NCBI GenBank assembly: GCA_038496445.1
Contig: JALMLS010000103.1
Span: 128,733-192,732 of the forward strand
Source: Trichosphaerium sp. ATCC 40318
Taxonomy: Eukaryota; Protista; Tubulinea
Length of the DNA: 64,000 bases
Direction of reading: 5' to 3'
This document shows positions 25,160-35,707 of this stretch, in pieces; within the stretch, counting starts at the first letter, position 1; each line of letters opens with the position of its first letter. Made by a program: the position numbers and the translations under genes. The notes under the pieces were generated by a model that worked only from the letters and a program-made list of their open reading frames with translations, was not told the DNA's origin and did not search any database.

Positions 25160-25739
25160 ATGGGTGCATCATTTAATAAGGCTCAACGGCTATTCGGCTA
25201 TGACATCCAGATGTACACTGTTTTAATGGTAGGGTTAGATGCAGCAGGTAAAACCTAGCTTCTGTTACTAGCTAATCTCGCATGCAGGTAAAACAACGAT
25301 TGCTTATAAGCTAAAAGATGGTGAGGAAGTAGTAACAATGCCAGAAATTGGTTTTAACGTGGAACGAATTCCCTACAATAATATTGCATTCACAATCTTT
25401 GATTTCGGAGGAGACACTGTAAGACATGAATGGCAGAGAGAATACGATAAAGGAGCAAGTGCGATAGTACTTGTAGTAGATAGTAACGATAGAGACCGTA
25501 TAGAGGAAGCACGAGGCCAACTATCAAGGATGCTAACAACAGATGCACTAAAAGGTGCACCTATACTGGTGTTTGCAAACAAGCAAGACTTACCAAAAGC
25601 TATGACACCTTCTGAAGTAACTGAAGAGTTGGGCTTGTCTAACTTACGTGGTAGAAAGTGGCACACTCAAGGGACATGTGCGCCTTATGGTGAAGGGTTG
25701 CATGAAGGGTTGGACTGGTTGTCAATGATCTTTAAATAA
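25160..25739 (+). CDS. Arf/Arl-family small GTPase, atypical; 40-nt intron at 25248-25287
   Basis: MG start, [45 protein letters not shown]. Confidence 0.9.
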
Positions 25740-26005
25740 GGTAAATTGTATTGGTACCTGTAGAAAGTGTTATTTGTCAGCATTGGCACATTTTTTGTTC
25801 GATGAAATATGTACACCTGCCAAAGCGTTTGATATAAAATCCTTCATCCGTGGATACATTAGTTTCAGAAGCACCTACTAGCACGGGACTCCGCAGATTA
25901 GACTTCAAAAAACAGTCGTAGTAGGTCAAGAGAAACCGCGCGAAAAATTTTTGTTGCATCTTCATAATAAAATTTTCAGTTCAAAGAGAAAACAAGATTA
26001 AACCT

Positions 26006-29000
26006 ATGGAACCTAAGCGCAATAGTAAAGTGGTTGTATCTGACGATGCATCGAATCCAATACACGTTCCAGAACTAGCTTGTAAGATATTTCAGTATTG
26101 TACCAACGATACTCAACAAGCCTATCCCGTACTACTGTATGTTCAGAATACGCCATTTATTTCATTATTAACACAACTTAGAGACATTTTAATAAAATAT
26201 CAAAAGACCCACGCCTTACGACATGGTTCGATTTACCTGGCCGCATAGAAGCCGTAGAGGATTTTACAGCAATCAAATTCGTTGAGAACGCCGAAAAGTC
26301 ACAAGCTCTCTTTAAGGGTTATAACAACACTTTATCGAAGCATGTAGAGCCACTTGTAGATGCAGGCCCAGTTCTAGAAGCAGCACGTGAATGGAGAATG
26401 CAGTATGTCACCTTTAAAAAAAACCTCTTATTTCCCGCTTCAAACTCATTTTCAAAGCTTCTCAGGCGCCCCTGTCAAAGCCAAGAACCTTGGATACGAA
26501 CATCTAGGTCTTGTTGATAAGGACGACAATGTGCTTTGTGTTTTAAAACCCTTGCCATTACCAGAATCTACTATTGCAGCTTTTGCTGCATTAACAAGTG
26601 ACTTGAGATACTATCCAGACTTGTTTCGTTACAGATTTGAAGAAGTAGATATTAATAAGAGTCTCGTGTTTATGTATAGGAATATAGCAGAGAAGGCTTA
26701 CAGGTTTTATATACAAGTTAACTTCAAAAAGTGCGTCACCACAAAAACACGTGGAGAAGAAAACAACTTTCCAAAAAAAAAAAGTTAATGTTGTTTGTTC
26801 CTAGGTTCAAAGAACTGTTTGAAAGTTCTGATGATATGGATTGTGATGAAGAGGAGCGTGATGATCAACGGCAAAGTATATTCAAGCATATTGGTGTATT
26901 TGTTGAAGCCAAGGGGACACAAGATAAGGAAATGAAAACTGTACGTCATAGCTCTTTCTTTATTCTCAGTTTTGTTCAAAAAATTGATTGCTTCTCTTAG
27001 AATTATCACAAAGTTGTATTTGGTCCTAAAAAGGGTCGTCCTGCATTAATTTCAGGGACAGATATGTTAGTACCATACGAGACTGCTAAGTTAATGATGA
27101 AATTACGTAAGTTACAAAAGTCTGAAGAAATTTACGTCAAATTGCATGATTCTCTCAGAGAAGCATTGTTGAACAACCAGTTTGCAAAGGTAGAATCTTC
27201 AGTCTATGGTTCAATTTGGTTTATTCTAACGACTTGATTTCAGGGTGAAAAGTTCGCTTATCCATTAGTGCAAAAGTATACAGTTCCTGAATTGAACAGT
27301 GGTAACCTTGACTTTCTAAAAGGTGCATATTCTTTTTTTGAATCATTTAATTCTCATCACTTAAACTTGTTTTTGCTTTTTAGGTGAAGATGCGATAATG
27401 TTGACTACCTTAAACCGCCTCAAACTGAAGGTAACTGTAGCACCTATAGTAGAAATAATTAAAAAACACCCAAGACCTACACATGTTGGTATGTATTGTG
27501 CGTTACATGCAGATCAAAAGATTGTACTGCAAAATGTATATAATGACGTGACATACAACAACACAACAATAAAATGTCACAACAACACAACAACAAAGTG
27601 ACACAACAACACAACAAGCTGACGGCAAAATGTACAAAGTACAATTGTAACAAAAATTAACACACAGCCATTAGAAATATGTACACATTGTGTCTAAACA
27701 TGTGCAGTAAAAGCTCACAATGGTCTGAAAATCAGAAAGTGTGAAAATATTACTCCTGTGTCGTCACAGACATTAAAAACACTGCACAGTAGGCAAGACT
27801 TATTCGCAAATCCAGAAAATAACAAAATCTAATATTTATTTGTAGACAGCTTACATAGTATTTCTAACTGAAAAATCACACACAGCTTGGTTACGATGAC
27901 ATACATAATAATAAATACAATTTTTCTATTAAATATTTTACTAGCATGCTGTGTGATGAACAGAGTACACCTGATTTCTTCTTCTGAAAAACTCGTTATT
28001 GAAAAAAAAAAATTATCAAATTACGCACAATGCACTTGAGTAAATGCCCCACTAATGCTGCGTCCACAATTGTCTCATGTTCATTAGTGTACAAGTGAGT
28101 GTGAACAAGAGGTTCTGGTAACCCATACAATTGATGTGTGTTTGCGTAGTATTGTAGTGCTAGCTCATCATCAAGTTGTTCAAGCTCTTCTTCCTTTTTT
28201 TTCTTTCTTGATTGTTGCTCCATGCGCATTTGTGCAGCGTGAGCGTGCTAAACTAGTTAGTGAAGGCTTGTAACAATTACACTACCTTTTTTTGGCGTTT
28301 TATGCGGTTTTGGAATTGTTTAACATCCTAATTGCATTTAACAAGCAAAAAAAAACACGTGATTGTTTGGTCTACAAAATTAAGCACGAAAATTGTGATA
28401 ACGTTTACCTCCTCACACTTGCTAGTAAATTTGCGTTTGGAACGCTATATAATCATTAAAATTACTGTACGTTTGGTAAAACTTACTGTTCGGACAGCGA
28501 TGACATTATTGATGTCGTCTACGTCCTACTCGTATTAGTACTAACTATTAAACCAAAAAAAACCACGTGGTACGTTTTTTCTTCCCAAAATGTAGCCTTT
28601 TCCGCTGAACTAATCAAATTAGCATTATCTTTGTGTGCGGTGTACCTTTGAGGATAGGAGTGCAGCCTAAAATTACATGTGAGTGAAAACTACCAAAACG
28701 CATAAACTCAAACGTACGTCTTTTTTTTCTGGCTTGTCTGGTGTGTGGATTGATTTTTCTTGTTCAAGGTTTGAAAACAAGTTTGGAGAGTAAACTAATC
28801 AGCGTTACACCCATCTTGAAAATTACATACTTGCTTGTTTGACCTCACGTTCAGGTGTAGACAAAAGGTAATTGTATTCCGCTAACTCCTCTAAAGTGAA
28901 ATTAAAACGCAGGTAGGTTACACAAAGACATACTAGGTGGACTGTTTTTCCACTGTTTTTGTGATGCCAAGTTTTTTAATTCTTCCAGCGCACTATTATA

Positions 29001-31275
29001 TTGCTCCATTTGCTTCAAACGTGCTTGAATGTTGCTAGAACCCAGGGACGCTCTGATTTTTGCTTCATCCACCTGACGTTTACTTTTAATGCTATTTTGT
29101 AGCTTCGTAGCCTATAACATTGAGATGCAAACAAAAAACTCTCTTGTACCAGCTGCTTCAACTGAATGTTGGTCCTCAGGTCTTTACCATGGCCGTCTGT
29201 GTGAGGAATGTTATTTCAAATGTAGCACAAATAAACGTACAGCGGCTTTGTTTACACCACGTTTTGCTTAGGCAAATTACATCTTCATTATTTACTTGAG
29301 GACACCTGTGTTGTCTACCATTCCGTTTGAACCTCATATCACTCTTAACAAGATGACAAATGGTACATATATGGCCTCTATTATTGCGCAATGGTATAGG
29401 ATCAACTGGATAACCTGCTGGTCTAGGTGGATCAGGAGGTACGTGTGTCATTGTTTAATAAACTAAATGTATTTATTTTTCCATCACAAAATCACATATG
29501 GCAACAGAAAAAGCTAATTATATGTTAGGTTTGGCTGCCGCAGTAGGTGGTCAAAGCTTTGCTAGAAAGCTTTTTGGAGCATCTGCTGGAAAGACAAAAT
29601 ACTGGCTCACAAAATTTGTAGATCCCACCTTTCATAGCAACAAAAATGGGGGGCTTCGCACAACAAAGTTTACTCCAGGTAGATTTTTTTTTTGAGTTTA
29701 GTTAATTGTCGTTTAGAGCAAGAAAAAAATGTGTGGGATGTTGTACTTTTTTTACACAGTGTGGACCCCCAACTGACGTTGATTGAGTATGCCACGGTAA
29801 TCAACGAATTAATTGTGCCATATAAAATCTCTAGAGCATGGATATCACGGAGATTTATTGCTATGGGGTGGACTTGGAAAGTATGAACATATAAATTTTT
29901 TGATATTTTTTTATTTATTTTTTTGCAGGTTGTGGAGCACAAGCAAATTCAAAAATACACTCCAGAAAATATGTTACACTATAACAGGTTTCTTTCTTTT
30001 GTATTGTCAGTGTCTCCATCACAGTTAAAGTTTGCAGACGAGACACACTTTGTTTCTAAAAGTTTGTATTTTTTTTTTTAATTTTTTTTTTTCACTTTTT
30101 TTTTAGGCAACTATCGAAAATATGGCCGAGGCCCTTGTGGCCATAAAGTAGTAGTTATTAATGAACCTATTCTAAGTAAGTCCGCTAACCTAACTATATT
30201 GACGTCACTTACTGCAGATGTACGTTTTTATCCCAACAATCGTTTTTTCTCAAATTTCTATTAAAAAAATTATATAGGTTCCAGTGCTTGGTATGTATCA
30301 TAAACAGAAGAACACACAGCATGATTGGGCGTCTTTTGTTTACTATGCACTAAAAAATGATTATTTGGTGGCCGGAGATATTTTGGTATGTGATAATGCC
30401 CCTATTCACTGTGCCGACAAAGTACTAGTACTAGTAACAGAGGCTTGTGAATCAAAAAATGTGAAATTATTATTACTACCAACTTATTCACCGGAGCTAA
30501 ACCCTTGTGAACTTGTATTCGGAACAGTAAAAAATCACATCCGTTATTACAGAGGAAAAGAGCCTTTAGATGTAGAAGTAATGATGGCATTGTCAAGAAT
30601 TTCAAAAACAAAACTTAAAAACTTTTATAAAAAATGTCGTGGTGGTGTAGAGCTTGAATAAATTTTGGCCTGTACTTATTAAAGTAACTTCATTAAACAG
30701 CAAACTTGTTCTTTTTATTGAGTACTATTAATAGATCTTGCCATACTGTGCACTTGTCTACTGTACATTTTGCCGTCAGCTTGTTGTGTTGTTGTGTCAC
30801 TTTGTTGTTGTGTTGTTGTGACATTTTATTGTTGTGTTGTTGTATGTCACGTCATTATGTACATTTTGCAGTACAATCTTTTGATCTGCATGTAACGCAC
30901 AATAGTACAATACTAGTTACTCGCTTTTTTTCTTTATTTCTTCTTTTGACTCTTTTGTAGGCAGCAAATTCCACAAGCCTGCTTATACAGGCCAAGAAGA
31001 GGATTATAAAATCGTTGAAATGTTCTTGGAAGAACTTGAATTGGAAGAAACTAATTTCTTTTGGCTTAAAGCAATGCCCAAAAAACTTATGTTAATACAC
31101 GCAAAAGTAAGGCTGTTTGATGATGAGACTTTTCAAACCTTCAATCAAACTTATAGAGCACATCCAATACTTATCGCTACAATCATTGATGAAACATTAA
31201 TTTAAATAGAGGGAAATAAACTATTACAAAATGCCAGAATTGATCCAGACTATCAAGAAAAAAGATTATCGATAA
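26006..31275 (+). CDS. Uncharacterised multi-exon protein with a possible F-box-like N-terminus; one intron (27489-30960) carries the transposon
   Basis: Frame is preserved across the large intron: ...PRPTHVG|gtatgta...tttgtag|SKFHKPAYTGQEEDYKIVEMFLE. 3' end is either 31205 or 31275. Confidence 0.6.
27496..27636 (+). repeat. Left TIR with three internal ACAACAACACAACAA direct repeats
   Basis: Reverse complement of 30762-30902. Confidence 0.95.
27941..29451 (-). CDS. Transposon-borne orphan gene of about 10 exons: CxxC...HxC motif, coiled coil and basic segments
   Basis: Chain of GT-AG introns joins MTHVPPDPP...HICTICH...HRCPQ, ATKLQNSIKSKRQ..., RSKRKFTSKCEE, DVKQFQNRIKRQKK and HAHAAQMRMEQQSRKKKK. 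Two junctions need a 1-base correction in A-runs. Confidence 0.7.
29498..30661 (+). CDS. IS630/Tc1-like DD38E transposase with 4 introns, apparently intact
   Basis: Spliced frame contains KFADETHF, LVCDNAPIH and LPTYSPELNPCE.VFG..K, with 38 residues between the second D and the E. Confidence 0.9.
30762..30902 (-). repeat. Right TIR
   Basis: Reverse complement of 27496-27636. Confidence 0.95.
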
Positions 31276-31741
31276 CCCCATTTTTCAGTCTATCGTTACT
31301 CATAACCTAAATAATTTCCATCCCTCATATTTGATGAAATGGATGCTACCAAGTGAATTACATATTTTATGCCTGTTACAACGTACTGAATGCTCATTGT
31401 GATGAACAAATACAAACTAAAAAATGAGATTCTTATCGATACTTTTTTCTACGAAAATCGGCTCAATTCCACCCAGTTGGATTGAAAGCTGAGAGATAGC
31501 GTTCTTTCATAAACTGGTGACGAGCTCAATTCGTCTATTTAATGTTCTTCAACCTTTGTCCTTAGAGTTGCAAACAATATTAATTAGTGACCCTCTGCTC
31601 GTTTATTGTCCGAGCAACAAGCTGTTTAAACTGGCCGTTATTAAGTCGTTATCGAACCAAAAACTATTCAAAGATATTCAACATAAGTATTTTTTTCCTG
31701 GACAATTTTTTTTCAAATAGTTCAATAATACTTCAAACGCA

Positions 31742-32065
31742 ATGACAGACGCAAACAATGTTGAAACTACTGTAAAGAAGCTCCTATAAGGACCAGCAGC
31801 ATGGGCAAAACACTGCAAGACCGTTAAGATGATGTCAAGTGCTACAGTTCGTACAAACCATGAAACGTTCAAAAAGTTGGTAGAGATAGGTAAACCTGCT
31901 CTACCAACTATATTCAAGTCGTATAAGAAAAAAGAACACAGTTTGCTCTATTTCTTCCTTCTAGAAGCAATAATAGCCGGAGATATATATGAGGATGTCC
32001 CAGGCGTACGACAACAGAATAGACAAGATTGGCTAGCCTATGCAAGGGAAAATGGGTATTTGTAA
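31742..32065 (+). pseudogene. Small intronless helical-domain gene with an in-frame TAA at 31787-31789
   Basis: MTDANNVETTVKKLL*GPAAWAKHCKTVKMMSS...HETFKKLVEIGKPALP...LLEAII...DWLAYARENGYL in a single frame. Confidence 0.5.
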
Positions 32066-32542
32066 AGTTACACACAATGTAAAAAATAAACGACAAAAAT
32101 AGAAAAAAAAACCACAAAGACATTTACTACGAGTAATGAAATTCTTTCGTTTGCAAAAATTGTCAGTAGAATGTTGTATCAATAAGACACTCTCCACGCG
32201 CATTATACTAGAGTAAGGCTCTTGACAATTAATTGTCGGCACGTGTAAAAAACTTGTGAACCAAAACAAACAAGAAACACTTTACTATTTAAGGAGTTGA
32301 CTGAAATAATGTGTCTTTCCTAGATGAGCCACCCGCTAGTTTGAAAGCCATCCGTTGACATGTCCCATGGAACACTTAGTGTGATTATAAGAGCAGAAAG
32401 TCATGTGCTTGGTACTGATCGGAGATGGCATGGGAAAAGGTGATATCAGAAAAAAAGTACATTATTTTGGCTTCAAGTTTTGTCGCCTAACCACAATCGT
32501 CGCACAAACTAAATTAACAGCTTACGTGTGAATTGCATTATT

Positions 32543-34860
32543 TTATTCAACTTGCAACTTTGGCCCAAAGTAATATGGTTCAAGAGGTGGTGGAATCTTG
32601 ATATTTCCCTTTTCATCTTGATAATTCTCCAAAATCGTCTACACAGAAGTATCAGAGAAACCGTTCAACGTCTATAGCGACAAGAAAACAAAGCAATGCT
32701 GCAAAAACACTCCATTACACAGCAGCATAATTAGCACGTGTGATATTCAAAAGTAACGTGAAATATCATTTGTTTCAATCACGTGTCACTTGTATGTGAT
32801 GAAGGCAGGAAGAATAAAAATTAAGAGATAGAATATCGTACCAGTATCATCCTAGGAACAGCAACTGATGTGGCATTTAAGGTATGTGCAAACTTCATTT
32901 TACCGTTTGTATCTTTGTATTGAATGCTGAGTCTACGTGATTGATGGTCTAAGCAGTTGGCGCAAGAAGTTACCTTATTTGCAAACGTAAGCAAAGCATA
33001 GCCGACAAAATACTAATTGAAAAAAGACGCTACCTCTCCATAGTTATCTCTACCAGGCATCCACGCTTCAATATCAAATTTTCTGTACAATGTCTTTCCT
33101 AATTCTTCTGATGGCATCTCAAGGACTCTAAACAAGAATAAACACAAAGAAGTGTAAAGAAAAGGTCAATAAACGCCGTTACCTGTAGTGAACATTGAGT
33201 TGTTTCATCATTTCGCCTTGAATATCCAAAAGTTGTTGATGCCATTTTTCGCTATCTTCTTCCTTACAAATAACAAACATTTCCGTTTTGGCAAACTGAC
33301 GAACACGGTAAAGGCCTCTATTTGTCATACCCTTACCTGAACAAAACATAAGGCCGAGCTCAAAGCAGAAATTGCAAAAAGGCTACTCCCTATCGGGGAA
33401 TCGAACCCCGAGCCTCCGGATGAAAACCGAAAATGTTAACCATTACACCAATAGGGAATTGATGTTGTGAAATAAACGAAATTTTGCTCTTTTGTACAAA
33501 AAAAGTTTCTGCTCTCATCTTATCAACGTACGCTTCAATTGCTTTCTTCCACTCTCTTTTCTAAAAGCATGACCAGATCCAATAACCTTAATTGGTAAAT
33601 CTTTCGCATCATATACTTTATCTATAAACATTCCAGCCAAAGGGATTTCAGCAGTGCCAGTAAGGATCAGGTTATCTTTTCCTTCTATCAAGTAGTTTTC
33701 AGAATTTTTGCTACGTGGTTTGAAGCCACATGCTAGTTACGTGTTATTCTGGTATAGCTCAATGTATTTTTGTACCCTCTGCTACTTTAATGTGTACAAG
33801 ATCCGGTGTCATAACAGGAGTGAATCCTTGTTTTGCTGCCTCAGCCATTGACCAATTAATAAGTGCCATTTCCAAAAATGCTCCTCCGTTCTTTAAACCT
33901 GCAAATTTACCATTTGTGACATCAGCTGCAGCCTAAATCATAGTTAAATATATATTATTATAAATTACTGTTTCGTAATAGTCACAAACAGTTTCTTTGA
34001 CTTTTTTTTTTTTACGGAATGTTATGTACCTTAAAATCGACCATATCATGCTTCATCATCAACTCAACATGATCTTGTGGCGTGAACTTGATCTTTGTTT
34101 TTTTGCCATTGTAAGAAACTGCACGTGCGTTCTCCTCAGGACCTACAAAAGGCATTAAAAAAAATTCGAAAAAGTAATGAATAAAAAAACGAAATAGGAC
34201 AACAAGGCTCTAAAAACTTACCAATAGGCGATTCAGAGTGGGTCCAGTTTGGAATTTTATCGCCAGCTGCAACAAGATCATCCCAAACTTGCACTACTTC
34301 AACTTCTTTGAGTGCTACTTCTTGAACGATTTTTTCACACTTACAAATTATGTCAAGTCCATGTTTACACTATTGTTGGCGTACGTCATCAAGGAGGTCA
34401 GCTTTTTCGTGCTCGTCCTTTGTTTCTTTGCTCAAGTTAATTTTTTCGAGCCTTTCAGCGTTCAGCGCTTTGATTTCCTTTTTAATAGTGTTGTGCTCGT
34501 CATACAAGTCGATAACCTACGCGATGTCAAATGCTGTTGCAATTGCGTAAAAATACGTCTACCATGCTCCACGACTATGCTTATCGCTTGGAAACTCAAA
34601 ATATACGTACCTTGTCCAAATCGGCGTATTTCTTGGCGTTTCTCTTTTCAATATTCATTGTGTGCTTGTATCGGTTCTCTTTGTACGAAGGGAAATCCAA
34701 TACAGGGCCTGGAGCACCAGTTAGACCGTTAGCTCAACAAAAAGTTTTTTGTACGTAGGTCGTCATAGTTTACAGTGGATTTTGGCTCTCCAGGGTCTTG
34801 TTCCACTTTTGAGCTTTGTTTAGTCGCTACATAGCGCATACTCAACGGAACCCTACGCAT
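32543..34860 (-). CDS. SARS2: Seryl-tRNA synthetase, mitochondrial type, multi-exon
   Basis: [15 protein letters not shown]...[60 protein letters not shown]. Arg-rich N-terminus MRRVPLSMR. Confidence 0.9.
33386..33457 (-). tRNA. tRNA-Glu(TTC), inside SerRS intron 33337-33531
   Basis: TCCCTAT/ATAGGGA acceptor stem, anticodon loop TTTTCAT, T-arm GGGGTTCGATTCCCC, downstream TTTTT. Confidence 0.95.
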
Positions 34861-35167
34861 AGAGCGCGCTGACCTGCGGGTAGAATAACGTAGAACGCGA
34901 GAAGTAAGCTAAGGGAGTCAGCGAGCTATACATTGTATGGCATGTGAACTCACCATGGTTTACTGTTGTAACACTTTGGGCTTGAATGCTGTCACCTGAT
35001 GCTAATTTGACAATTTCTGAACAAAAAAAAAGCCAGATAACATTTCTTAACTAGAATAAGTCGACCGTTAACACCCCCTCACAGTGGCGATAATTCAATA
35101 TAAAAACCGTAGTAGTCTGTAGACGTTGGCGCGAAAAAAGAGGATTTTAATTGTTCAAACACGTCGA

Positions 35168-35638
35168 ATGGCGCAACAAACGCGCCAGGTTGTGGTATTG
35201 AGAATGAAAAAAAAGAAAACGAAGATTGAAACACAGGCCATTGATGATAAAGAAAATAGAATCAACGGAGAACCACCACGCAAGAAACGAAAACTAAAAC
35301 ACCATGTACAATTTACAGGACAGCAGTTATTTTTTTACAACGCTGTCGACCCTCCTATACGCCGTTTATCAGCTGCAGCAGTATCAGAAGCCAAGATAAA
35401 GTACACTGAAAATCGTAAACGTAAACGGCTCAAACCAAAGCGAAAGAGAGTCAATAAACGTTTAAATACGCGAAAAGCGCCTACCTGGAAGCCTAAACCA
35501 GGAACAATTGAAGAGAAACTGCTAGACTCGGATGACGAAAACGATTCTGACACAGACGAAGACAGCGCAGAGATCATTGTACTAAAGACAACAACTAAAA
35601 AACTTGTCACCAACAAAAAATCGCTTCTCCCACGATGA
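35168..35638 (+). CDS. Lys/Arg-rich low-complexity protein with an acidic patch, uncharacterised
   Basis: Long intronless ORF with DKEN, NLS-like PPRKKRK and KHHVQF. Fills the gap between SerRS and the JMJD4 3' end. Confidence 0.45.
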   Translation: MAQQTRQVVVLRMKKKKTKIETQAIDDKENRINGEPPRKKRKLKHHVQFTGQQLFFYNAVDPPIRRLSAAAVSEAKIKYTENRKRKRLKPKRKRVNKRLNTRKAPTWKPKPGTIEEKLLDSDDENDSDTDEDSAEIIVLKTTTKKLVTNKKSLLPR

Positions 35639-35707
35639 CACTCCAGACGATCAAAAGAAGTGACGCCGGTGGAACTCGCGCAAAAAAACCTTGTGAGACG
35701 TAGTTGA

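Larger units (their letters stand above)
27496..30902. mobile_element. IS630/Tc1/mariner-superfamily DNA transposon, about 3.4 kb, two genes, TA target duplication
   Basis: 141-bp TIRs with one mismatch seen, TA at 27494-27495 and 30903-30904, internal DDE transposase. Confidence 0.95.

Noticed and set aside
27941-29451. Fanzor/TnpB as the second transposon gene
   Set aside because: No RuvC motifs or C-terminal CxxC-CxxC finger were found in the reconstructed exons.
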